A stretch of DNA of 64,000 nucleotides from Desulfurococcales archaeon (GTDB lineage: Archaea > Thermoproteota > Thermoprotei_A > Sulfolobales > Desulfurococcaceae): positions 430,391-494,390 of the forward strand of contig JALVYU010000031.1 in the NCBI GenBank assembly GCA_027022365.1, in the 5' to 3' direction. This document shows, piece after piece, positions 39,699 through 48,681 of the stretch. The notes beneath the pieces are model-generated. The model saw nothing but the letters and a program-made list of their open reading frames with translations, had not been told where the DNA came from and did not search any database. Positions within the stretch are counted from its first letter, which is position 1. Each line of letters begins with the position of its first letter. Position numbers and translations under genes: made by a program.

Positions 39699-41036
39699 CT
39701 AGGATTTTATGTTGATGATTATGGGCGGCTCCTTCTCCACGATTATAATTTCGATACGATCGGCTACGCGCGTGGTATTAGTCAGGTATAGTGTTTCAAT
39801 AATGTGGCCAAGCTCTACGGGATCATGTTTTCCGAATATCAGGAAAGCAAAATACTTTTTATTACTAGTTTCCCTTATCCTTAGTTCATCAATATACGTC
39901 CTGAGCTGTACAGGAGCCTCCTTAGACCTTGTACTCGTCTTAGCCTCCGCAACCAGGGTTATGGGAGAGCTATGGTCGCAGAAGAAATCGGGTCTTAACC
40001 CGTGATCAACGCTTCTATCCGAGGAGCAGATGAGGCCAAGGCGATCAACGTATTTCTCGTAGATGTACTTGACCCCCTTATTCAAGACGATGTTATGGAT
40101 GCGATCATACCTCTTCGTCTCATCCATTATTCTGAGCTTTTCCTTGAACACTCGTCTCTGGATCTCGGGATCGATCCTCGATGCGGCCTCACATATGCTC
40201 TTTAGCGGGCATACCCAACAGTACGAATACTCCATATCCTTATTACATAGGCCGAGAATCATGGGCCTGGATAGGACAAAATCATACTTCACGGGATCCT
40301 TAGGGTTGATGCTGCGGAGAATGCTTGTGACGAGATAGACGCTCTTCCTGCTCCTCGGCAACTCCTTGGTTCTTCCCAGGAAGACCCTAGCGGCTGTCCT
40401 CGCTATCTCTGTGCCCAGGGGGACTAGGAGGCGTTTCTTATCAATGATGCTGGACCATAGCCCGAGGTCGGGGTACTCGTCCCTAGTCATCCATCTAAGG
40501 AACAAGTTGATCCTCTTGTGTGGGGAACTCTTTTTCCTCGAAAGAAACCTGTTTAGTAGCCCGGCTAGTTCCTTGGAGGGCGCTGAATCCATTGTTTTAT
40601 GATATATGTGCTCGGCTATCCCAACATCTATGTCTCCCTCTATACTGGGTATGAGGGATTCCCAGTCTGTTTCATAGTATGTTCTCAAAAGGATCTTGAA
40701 GAGAGCCGCACTACGATCAAACCTGTGGAAGAACGATGTCTTTTCCAATAGTTTGCCGAGCATATCCTCGAAGTATTTATCGTCGAGGAGATCAAATACC
40801 CCGATCCTTTTCCCGCTTAGATAATATATGATCTCCAGAAACCTTGACCTTATCAGGCTCACCCGCATCTGGAAATCATATAGCGCCGAGAGAAACGCTA
40901 CCGCTCCTACCTCGAAGGGGTCGCGGCCTACAAGCCTCATGTACTCGTGCGGGATGCTTAGCATTGACGTGTATAGATAACGGCTTGACAGAAAATCATA
41001 CAGGTTATCGAGCAATAAACGTGTGCTAGAACACAT
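39699..41036 (-). CDS. DUF2400/TIGR02757-like HhH protein with FeS motif, fused to a C-terminal PD-(D/E)xK nuclease domain
   Basis: KRINLFLRWMTR..DLGLW..LVPL and DPVKYDF; then C-x8-C-x2-C-x5-C; then RPDF..VAEAK..QLRTY. Confidence 0.75.
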   Translation of the reverse strand: MCSSTRLLLDNLYDFLSSRYLYTSMLSIPHEYMRLVGRDPFEVGAVAFLSALYDFQMRVSLIRSRFLEIIYYLSGKRIGVFDLLDDKYFEDMLGKLLEKTSFFHRFDRSAALFKILLRTYYETDWESLIPSIEGDIDVGIAEHIYHKTMDSAPSKELAGLLNRFLSRKKSSPHKRINLFLRWMTRDEYPDLGLWSSIIDKKRLLVPLGTEIARTAARVFLGRTKELPRSRKSVYLVTSILRSINPKDPVKYDFVLSRPMILGLCNKDMEYSYCWVCPLKSICEAASRIDPEIQRRVFKEKLRIMDETKRYDRIHNIVLNKGVKYIYEKYVDRLGLICSSDRSVDHGLRPDFFCDHSSPITLVAEAKTSTRSKEAPVQLRTYIDELRIRETSNKKYFAFLIFGKHDPVELGHIIETLYLTNTTRVADRIEIIIVEKEPPIIINIKS

Positions 41037-41291
41037 TACTTGTTACCCGGTAAAACACTGGCGTGCCTTGATAATATTTGTTGTGTATCGTGCAGCCCTA
41101 TAGCGGCTCAGACCATTAACATCCGGGCCAGTGGCGGGTTATACCCCGTCCTTGTAGCGCGTGCCCGGCTCGGTGCGGTGTGGCCGGGCCCCCGTATGGG
41201 ATCGGATGAGCTGTGCTCGCCGGGTTGATTAATCTATTTTAGGCTGATCACCGGTAGTAGATTATGAGGATTGTAGGAGAATTAATACTAG

Positions 41292-42425
41292 TTGTTTAGC
41301 GTTACGGCTTATCGTTTGAACGGGGTTGATTTGTTGAATCAGCTCTTCATATTCAAGAGGCTTGGGATGCTTACAAGGCTTTTCAGCGATTTAAAGCTAG
41401 ATATTGATTATTCTAATATTGATAAGACTGTGATTGATTACGCCTGGGAGAACTATGGTAAGAACATAGTGTTTAACCTACCCTTCGACATGGTGGAGAG
41501 CGGCGAGTTCATCAAGGAGGTTTATCCCCACGACGTGCCAGTCGGGCTGGTTGATGATATGGAGAAGTTTGCCCATAATATTTATGATCGTCTCGACTCG
41601 TTCGACTATATCATGCTCTACAGTGAGAGCCTGCTGGACATAATATCCTTCAGATCCTTCCTGAAGCAGCTAATGCATGTACGTCCCGGCTTTAAGAGGA
41701 TAATTGTTTTAAGAATCGATAAGGGCACGGAGAAGGACGATATAGACCTGTTCATCGAGATGTCGAGGATATACGGCTACCGCCCGGTCCTGCTGATCAG
41801 GGATGAGAGGGTGTACGATGACGTCAGGCTTCTCCTCAACCTGGCGGATGCGCGGCACTGCACGACTAAGTGGTTCAATTATGATGTGAAGATCTTCTTT
41901 ATCAGGGGGACTCTTGACACCCTCACCGTTCTCGCTCCAAGCGATAACCCCGACATAGAAATGGTCTCGTTCAGGGACTGTATAGCGTTTCTCTGCCACG
42001 GCCACGGGCAATTATCGCTTTCATCTATTATCAGCTTTATCTACGAGAACTCTAAGCCAGTGCTAAGGATCGGCGATGTCTTGATCGATGACTCCTTCAT
42101 AAATATTATAGAATACATTATGGAGTACAAGAGTATACGGGCTACGAGTAAGCTGGTCGGAATATCATACTCTCGTATCAGGAGGACGATCAAGGACCTG
42201 GAGAGAATAGAGAAGATACTCGGGATACAGCTTATCGAGACTAAGAGGGGGGGCAGCGAGCACGGGAAAACAGTGTTCACCCATATAGGTAGGATCGTGT
42301 TTGACAATATAAGGGAGCTTTACAGCGAGCTGGTTAAAGCGTATTCCTCCGTGGTAACAAATACGATGGAGGAGCTCAGGGGGAGGGATAATAGGCCGCT
42401 CTGCATATTCCCGCTATCAATCTAG
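41292..42425 (+). CDS. Putative transcriptional regulator with C-terminal ModE/LysR-type HTH
   Basis: SIRATSKLVGISYSRI..LIETKRGG..G.T.FT resembles the ModE HTH; N-terminal domain not recognised. Confidence 0.7.
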   Translation: MFSVTAYRLNGVDLLNQLFIFKRLGMLTRLFSDLKLDIDYSNIDKTVIDYAWENYGKNIVFNLPFDMVESGEFIKEVYPHDVPVGLVDDMEKFAHNIYDRLDSFDYIMLYSESLLDIISFRSFLKQLMHVRPGFKRIIVLRIDKGTEKDDIDLFIEMSRIYGYRPVLLIRDERVYDDVRLLLNLADARHCTTKWFNYDVKIFFIRGTLDTLTVLAPSDNPDIEMVSFRDCIAFLCHGHGQLSLSSIISFIYENSKPVLRIGDVLIDDSFINIIEYIMEYKSIRATSKLVGISYSRIRRTIKDLERIEKILGIQLIETKRGGSEHGKTVFTHIGRIVFDNIRELYSELVKAYSSVVTNTMEELRGRDNRPLCIFPLSI

Positions 42426-42731
42426 GTGCTCCAGCACGAGGACGTAGTCGTATTCCCCGGGCACTGGCTTCCAGTCCTCCCGGCCTAGTGCGGCAAGTAT
42501 CTTCCCTAGATCCTCGCCGCTAATGTATATTCTGATATTCTTTCCGAGCCTTATGCGCTCCATGACCTTGTCCCCGTATTCCTGGCCGATGCACCTACTG
42601 ATCGCTTCGTAGACCAGCCCGTCATCGTACTCCCCTAGGGGCTCGACTATGCCGAACAATACCTCGTAGTGCCTGGTCTCTGCCGATAGCTTGTGCCTCT
42701 TATACCTGTACTCTATGCTTACCCTGTACAG
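42417..42731 (-). CDS. Small protein ending the hydrogenase operon (possibly HycH-like); start uncertain
   Basis: The frame is open upstream of the TTG at 42659 (LYRVSIEYRYK..) and overlaps the small-subunit 3' end. Position matches hycH-like genes. Confidence 0.5.
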   Translation of the reverse strand: MYRVSIEYRYKRHKLSAETRHYEVLFGIVEPLGEYDDGLVYEAISRCIGQEYGDKVMERIRLGKNIRIYISGEDLGKILAALGREDWKPVPGEYDYVLVLEHLD

Positions 42732-43449
42732 TCCCCGTCTCCCCCTTGATCTTCTCGACTATGTATCCACCGGCTATGCTGTATACTTCTCTGAGCCGGG
42801 GGTCTTTAAGCCTCGAGGCCTTATCCATGATCTTCTCTCTGAGCTCCTCTACTGTTCTCGAGCTATTTATTATCTCGAGCAGATCGTCCAGTATGTAGTC
42901 CCGGTCATAGTAGCCCACATACCTTGTAAGATAGTATCTCAGATCCTTGTAGAGCCTCTCGTTGAAGAGCACGCCGTATCTGCGGTCTAGGACGTGTCTT
43001 CTCGGATAGAGTATCTTCGCCTCGATCTTCTTGTTAACTAGGCCGAGCAGCTGGCCGAGCCCGAAAAGTATTGCTTCGGGCCTGGGCGGGCAGCCGGGTA
43101 TGTATATGTGTACGGGGATTATCTTGTCGACCCCGCCGTACACAGCCAGGCTGTCGTAGAAGATCCCCCCGGCGATAGCGCACGCCCCTACAGCGGCGAC
43201 TATTCTTGGTTTGGGCGGCATCGCCTCGTATACTCTCTTCAACCCTATCACGGCCTGCCTGTTCACCGAGCCGCTTACAAGCAGTGCATCCGCCTGCCTA
43301 GGCGTGGGCACGAGCTTCACGCCGAACCTCTCGACATCGTAGAACGGCGTCAGGACGTCGAGTACCTCGATATCGCATCCATTACAGGCGCTGGCATCTA
43401 CGTGGAATACCCATACGCTCCTAAAACGGGGTCTGGGACGCCCTCCCAT
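42700..43449 (-). CDS. Group 4 [NiFe] hydrogenase small subunit (NuoB/HycG-like)
   Basis: ACNGCDIE, PRQAD, VGACA and IPGCPPRPEA. Confidence 0.92.
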   Translation of the reverse strand: MGGRPRPRFRSVWVFHVDASACNGCDIEVLDVLTPFYDVERFGVKLVPTPRQADALLVSGSVNRQAVIGLKRVYEAMPPKPRIVAAVGACAIAGGIFYDSLAVYGGVDKIIPVHIYIPGCPPRPEAILFGLGQLLGLVNKKIEAKILYPRRHVLDRRYGVLFNERLYKDLRYYLTRYVGYYDRDYILDDLLEIINSSRTVEELREKIMDKASRLKDPRLREVYSIAGGYIVEKIKGETGTVQGKHRVQV

Positions 43450-43975
43450 ACTTATCAGTCCTCCTACTACGTAGTGCGTCGTGCGAGAAAACCTGTCTTC
43501 TACAGTCCCGGCAGAGGAACATCCTGTCTAGAAGCTCTTTTCTCCTCTCCCTGGGTATTCTTGTCAGCAAAGTGTATGCTCTGTGGATCTGTCTCTCGGT
43601 GAACTCCGTGTACCTGCCGCACCGGGAGCATGTGTGGAGCTCTAGGTTGACCTCGTAGATCAGGTCATCCTTCGACGGCGTGGCCATCTCGAATATGTTG
43701 GTGAGAACTATGGCTCCCTCGGGGCATACCTCCCAGCACCTGCCGCAGTAGATGCATCTACCGTAGAAGATCCTTATCCTCGCGTATCCCTCCCGGTAGT
43801 CGATCTCCTTCGTTATAGCGTTTGGCGGGCACGCCTCCGCGCATGCGCCGCAGCCGATGCAGAGGTCGGGGTTTATCTCCGGCTTACCCCTCAGCTCCCT
43901 CGGGGGCTCGAGGGGTTCTAGCGGGTACCTGAACGTGACTACCCATTTATCGGTCTTCTCAAAGTACTTCGCCAC
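43421..43975 (-). CDS. Hydrogenase 2x[4Fe-4S] subunit (NuoI/HycF-like)
   Basis: CIGCGACAEACP and CIYCGRCWEVCP. Confidence 0.92.
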   Translation of the reverse strand: MAKYFEKTDKWVVTFRYPLEPLEPPRELRGKPEINPDLCIGCGACAEACPPNAITKEIDYREGYARIRIFYGRCIYCGRCWEVCPEGAIVLTNIFEMATPSKDDLIYEVNLELHTCSRCGRYTEFTERQIHRAYTLLTRIPRERRKELLDRMFLCRDCRRQVFSHDALRSRRTDKYGRASQTPF

Positions 43976-43981
43976 GGCCCC

Positions 43982-45709
43982 TCACCCTATCCTTGAGGAT
44001 AGTTTTCTGGACTTAGCCCTCAGCTCGTCGTCTGTCATGATCTTCTTCGAGCCTGTATCGACGTCTATAACCAGGTACCTCTCCGTACATGCTAGGCAGG
44101 GGTCGACCGAGGCGTATATTATCGGTGCGTCGGCGAGCCTGTACCCGATGAGCATCTCCTTGACCGGCGGTATGTTGGCGTAGCTGGGGGCCCTTACCCT
44201 CCATCTCTGGATCTTATTGTATAGGCCGCTCCTAACATAGTGTATGTCCTCGCCCCTGGGCGCCTCGACAACGCCTACAGCCTCCTTGTTCTCCGGGATA
44301 CCCTTCACGTCCGCTGCCAGTGGGCCTCCCGGCAGGGCATCAAGGATCTGCTCGATTAGGTCGAGGGACTCGAATACCTCGTCGAGCCGGACAAGCGTTA
44401 TTGCCAGGACATCCCCCTCGCTGTACACGGGGACGTCGAAGCTGAGCTCCTTGTAGGCCGCATAGGGGTGGTCTCTCCTAACATCTATGTCGAGCCCGGT
44501 GGCCCTCGCGACAGGGCCTACGACGCCGTAGCTTATAGCCGTATCCCTCGGGAGCACTCCCACGCCACGCGTCCTCTTGACGAGTATCGAGTTGTTCACC
44601 AGCATGTTGTAGAGCTCCCTGTACTCGTACCTGATCTTCTTCACCGAGTCCCTCGCCTTGGCCAGCCTGTCTCCCAGCACGTCCCTCCGGACGCCGCCGA
44701 CAATGTCCATTCCATATGTTTTCCTGTTACCTGTCAGGATCTCGGCCAAGTGCATGATGTGCTCGCGGATCTTCCACGACAGCATGAAGCCCGTGTCGAA
44801 GCCCAGTATGTGGCAGGCGATCCCTACCCATAGGAGGTGGCTCTCGATCCTCTCGATCTCGAGCATGAGGCTCCTGATATACCTTGCCCGGTCAGGGATA
44901 TCTATGCCGGCCAGGGACTCGATAGCCTGCACGTAGGATGTCGCGTGGGTGAACCCGCATATCCCGCATATCCTCTCAGCTATGAATGGTATCTGGTTAT
45001 ATGTTAGCCTCCCCTCAGCTATCTTCTCGATCCCCCTCCAGTTATGGAAGCCCCTGTGCTCCGCATCAACTATTATTTCGCCCTTCACGTATAGCCTCCA
45101 GTGTATCGGCTCGTCGTTGATCATATGGTAGGGCCCCATCCCTATCACGTCAAGATCCTCGTGGCGCCCGACGGGCTTGTAGTCGGGGAGCCCCTCCCTC
45201 CAGTCCATCACAGGCTTATTGTAGGGGTGGTCCTTCCTCCACGGGTGGGCGTCGTCGGGCCAGTACTCGGGCAACACTAGCTTGCGCTTATCCTTCAGCC
45301 CGACGAACTCTATTCCGTAGAGATCCCTATTCTCCCTCTCATTCCACCAGGCCGCCTTAACCATGTCCGCTATGCTCTGGATTTCTGGGTCGTGTTCGGG
45401 CAGATACGCCCTGACGCCTATGTAGAGGTTCTGCTTGTCGAACGCCACTATGTATGTCAGCGAGAAGTCTCGTCTGAAGTACCTCTCGTCGTTCCCCACG
45501 ATCACGCTCAGCCTCGTGTAGGAGAACGTCATCAGCCGCCTGATTATCTCCCTTATGTTCTCCCTCGGTGCGAGGTATATGATTAGATCCTTTGTAGGGC
45601 CGTACTTTTCGGTGTAGAGGCCGTGGAGCTCCCTATCGATAATCCCCACTACCTCTTCTCTCCCCAGATCCTCGATGTTTCTCCTCCAGAAATCTACCAA
45701 CCAAGCCAC
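43982..45709 (-). CDS. Group 4 [NiFe] hydrogenase large subunit (fused NuoC/D, HycE-like)
   Basis: L1 motif ERICGICG and L2 motif DPCLACTER, followed by a C-terminal extension. Confidence 0.95.
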   Translation of the reverse strand: MAWLVDFWRRNIEDLGREEVVGIIDRELHGLYTEKYGPTKDLIIYLAPRENIREIIRRLMTFSYTRLSVIVGNDERYFRRDFSLTYIVAFDKQNLYIGVRAYLPEHDPEIQSIADMVKAAWWNERENRDLYGIEFVGLKDKRKLVLPEYWPDDAHPWRKDHPYNKPVMDWREGLPDYKPVGRHEDLDVIGMGPYHMINDEPIHWRLYVKGEIIVDAEHRGFHNWRGIEKIAEGRLTYNQIPFIAERICGICGFTHATSYVQAIESLAGIDIPDRARYIRSLMLEIERIESHLLWVGIACHILGFDTGFMLSWKIREHIMHLAEILTGNRKTYGMDIVGGVRRDVLGDRLAKARDSVKKIRYEYRELYNMLVNNSILVKRTRGVGVLPRDTAISYGVVGPVARATGLDIDVRRDHPYAAYKELSFDVPVYSEGDVLAITLVRLDEVFESLDLIEQILDALPGGPLAADVKGIPENKEAVGVVEAPRGEDIHYVRSGLYNKIQRWRVRAPSYANIPPVKEMLIGYRLADAPIIYASVDPCLACTERYLVIDVDTGSKKIMTDDELRAKSRKLSSRIG

Positions 45710-46644
45710 CCCATAACGAGCCCGATAAGCGGTATCACGGATGCGAGTATCAGAGGCTTAAACGCCAGGTCAACCCTGTACCTGGGGTATAGGGCCTCTA
45801 TGACGGAGTAGACGCTCATCGTGATGAGGAGGAACAGGGTGAAAACGCCTAGGACAAGCACTGATAGCAGTGGCCCCGAGACAAGGGATCGAAGCACCGC
45901 CGCCACAGGCGATACAAGCACCAGCGACACGGGTAGCGATAAGAGTATGTATCTCTTGAGGAGCAGGGCGTAGAGGAACAGCCCGTAGTACCTCCCGCTG
46001 AACTCTAGGTAGGGCCCACCGAGCACCTCCGTCTCGGCCTCGCCCATATCGAACGGGGTGTAGGCGGACTCGATATACGCTAGTATGAAGAGGGATGCTG
46101 ACAGGAAGAGAGTGCTTATCCTCAGGTAGTTCCCGGGGAAGCCGTACAGCACCGCGAGGCCGTAGAGGTTCAGCGTCTTCATCTTATACGCTATGCCGAC
46201 GATCGTGAACGCGATGAAGACCTCGAACACCGTCACGGTCAGCGCCTCCCTAGCCGATCCGGCGTTTGAGTACGGGTTCGGCAGCGCTAGTCCTAGCAGG
46301 ACGACGAGCACGGAAACGAATAGCAGCGCGTACAACAGCGTGATGGCGTCAAACACTGTGCTGAACCCTGGGACGTAGGGTATGGGCACCGCCGCCGATA
46401 GTACTAGCATGGATACGAACACTATGTATGGTGTAACGATCATGAACATGTTCTTGAAGGGCAGAACCGGCTGCAGGCTGAATAGCTTCGATAGATCATA
46501 TATGGTCTGCAGCAGCGGCGGCCCGATCCTCCTCTGGACCTTGGCCCTGATCTTGCGTCTCAACCCATCGAGCACCGGGGCCATGAAGGCCCCGAGCAGT
46601 ATCAGGACGATCACCCAGACCGTTCTGAGCATGCACTCGTCCAC
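45694..46644 (-). CDS. Hydrogenase membrane subunit (NuoH/HycD-like)
   Basis: QRRIGPP..Q..YD..KL and PFDMGEAETE. Confidence 0.92.
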   Translation of the reverse strand: MDECMLRTVWVIVLILLGAFMAPVLDGLRRKIRAKVQRRIGPPLLQTIYDLSKLFSLQPVLPFKNMFMIVTPYIVFVSMLVLSAAVPIPYVPGFSTVFDAITLLYALLFVSVLVVLLGLALPNPYSNAGSAREALTVTVFEVFIAFTIVGIAYKMKTLNLYGLAVLYGFPGNYLRISTLFLSASLFILAYIESAYTPFDMGEAETEVLGGPYLEFSGRYYGLFLYALLLKRYILLSLPVSLVLVSPVAAVLRSLVSGPLLSVLVLGVFTLFLLITMSVYSVIEALYPRYRVDLAFKPLILASVIPLIGLVMGWLGW

Positions 46645-46648
46645 GGCT

Positions 46649-48679
46649 CTACACCCACCAGAACAAGAGTATTACGAGGATTATCACCGAGAGTATCAGT
46701 AAAGCTATGGTGAACAAGGCTATCGGGGAGACTATGATCAGCCTGGCCATGTTGCCGAACACCCTCACCGCCGCAACCACCGATGATCCGGCGAGCTCGT
46801 CGAGCTTGAACTCCCTTATCCCAGAATACTTTTCCGCGAGCCCCCGCGCCTTGGCGGCGAACCAGGTGTTCAGGCCGCCGAAGAACCTGGTTATCCTAGA
46901 AGCTATGCCGGAGTAAACTATTTTCGAGGGGATCCTCCACACCAGGCACTCGTATACCTCGTGGGAAAAACCCGTGAGGGGCTCGAAAATCCTCGAGAAT
47001 TCGATGTATAGGTGGCTGGGCCGTATAAGGTGCTTGTCGGGCGGGATAATGTATCCCGTCGTCCAGACCCTGCTGGTGACAACGTCTTTGCCCCTATCGA
47101 TATATCCCAGCAGCAGGCCGAGGCCGATCGACGCGAACACTATTAGTGGGAAGTAGTAGCCGTAGGGCGAAATAATGTGGATAAGCCCCGCCTCCACGGA
47201 GGCGTTGCCGGCGACGCCGTAGAAGCGCATGGATATACTCGTGAACAAGCCGAAGATCGAGTACAGGCCGAACACTACGAGCAATACGACGGGCACAAGC
47301 ATCCCAGCCCTCATCGGATACCCTATCCTCCCCCTCACCACCTTTTTCTCGACTAGCCTAAGCGCCGGGGCCATGTACTTGACGGAGTACAGCAGTGTAA
47401 GCGGGGACAACGCTATAACCATGGCAGCGATGACGCTGTACAGCGGGGACGCGCCCCTCAGGATCGACGCGTATATTGACAGCTTAGCGATATAGCCCAG
47501 CAGGGGCGGTAGCCCGGCAAGGCTCAGGGAACCAACTATGATGCTGATCATGGCTGTCCTGCTCACCGCGCCGATATTAGCCACGTCGTCGAGGCCGGCG
47601 GATCCGTAGACATATATGTAGCAGCCGCTCGTCAGGAACAATAGTGTCTTGAAAATACTGTGGGCGAACAGGTAGGCCAGCCCGGCCGCGAGTAGGAGCG
47701 CTGAGAGAACCCTGTCGAAGCCCAGCGTGATCGCCGAGAGGCTCAGGGGAACCAGTATGTATCCTATCTGTGAGACGCTCGAGTAGGCAAGCAGCCTCTT
47801 GGCGTGGTTCTCGCCCACAGCCTTGATCGAGCCCCAGAAGATCGATAGCAGTGCCTGGACGAGCAACAAGTAGTATAAAATGACCGGGGGGTGCAGGTAC
47901 CTCAGCATCACGCCGAATAACCCGTAGACACCCATCTTTATCATTACGCCGCTGAGAAGCGATGATATGTTGCTAGGCGCGGCCGGGTGGGCGTCGGGGA
48001 GCCAGAAGTGGAGGGGGTATAGGCCCGCTTTAGCCGTGAAGGCGATGTAGAACATGATTATAGAGAGTAGCCAGGCAGGGCTCCGGTCATCAATGATCTT
48101 CTCGAGGGAGCTGAGCTGTAGGGTCCCGTAGCCCGCCCACAGCATGGAGACACCGAGTATAAGGGGGAAACTGTTGAGCAACAGCATCGTGTAGAGATAC
48201 TGCTTCGTCGCCCTAACAACGTGTTTCTCCCCGTACTCCCACCCTATCAGGACGATGCTTGTCAGGGTCATTACCTCCCAGAAGAACAGGAATAGGAGCA
48301 GGTTATCCGATATACACAGCATCGCCATCGAGGAGAGGAACAGTGAAACCATTAGGGAGTAGGCCCAGGCACCGCCTAGCCCCTTGTATATCTCCATGTA
48401 CTCCATCCCGTACAGGCTTATGGATAGGCCGGCCAGCCCTATTACTGCTAGGAATAGTGCTGAGAAACTATCTATGCAGAAGTAGCCGTAGAGACAGGCG
48501 CTGGACCCCCTGATCATGATCGTGGACGACAGTATGAGCTGGGAGAGCGAAGCGATGAATACGAATGAGAGGCCAGCCCTGATCGATAACGTGTAGTTGC
48601 TTCTGAGAGCGAGTGGGATGATTATTGCTAGGGCATAGGCTGACGCCATAACCCCGAATAGGGTGCTTGCTAGATCCAT
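46649..48679 (-). CDS. Proton-translocating membrane subunit (HyfB/NuoL-like)
   Basis: FFWEVM, KAGLYPLHFWLPDAHPAAP and KRLLAYSS. True start is ATG 48679; the extension to 49273 overlaps the upstream gene. Confidence 0.9.
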   Translation of the reverse strand: MDLASTLFGVMASAYALAIIIPLALRSNYTLSIRAGLSFVFIASLSQLILSSTIMIRGSSACLYGYFCIDSFSALFLAVIGLAGLSISLYGMEYMEIYKGLGGAWAYSLMVSLFLSSMAMLCISDNLLLFLFFWEVMTLTSIVLIGWEYGEKHVVRATKQYLYTMLLLNSFPLILGVSMLWAGYGTLQLSSLEKIIDDRSPAWLLSIIMFYIAFTAKAGLYPLHFWLPDAHPAAPSNISSLLSGVMIKMGVYGLFGVMLRYLHPPVILYYLLLVQALLSIFWGSIKAVGENHAKRLLAYSSVSQIGYILVPLSLSAITLGFDRVLSALLLAAGLAYLFAHSIFKTLLFLTSGCYIYVYGSAGLDDVANIGAVSRTAMISIIVGSLSLAGLPPLLGYIAKLSIYASILRGASPLYSVIAAMVIALSPLTLLYSVKYMAPALRLVEKKVVRGRIGYPMRAGMLVPVVLLVVFGLYSIFGLFTSISMRFYGVAGNASVEAGLIHIISPYGYYFPLIVFASIGLGLLLGYIDRGKDVVTSRVWTTGYIIPPDKHLIRPSHLYIEFSRIFEPLTGFSHEVYECLVWRIPSKIVYSGIASRITRFFGGLNTWFAAKARGLAEKYSGIREFKLDELAGSSVVAAVRVFGNMARLIIVSPIALFTIALLILSVIILVILLFWWV

Positions 48680-48681
48680 GA

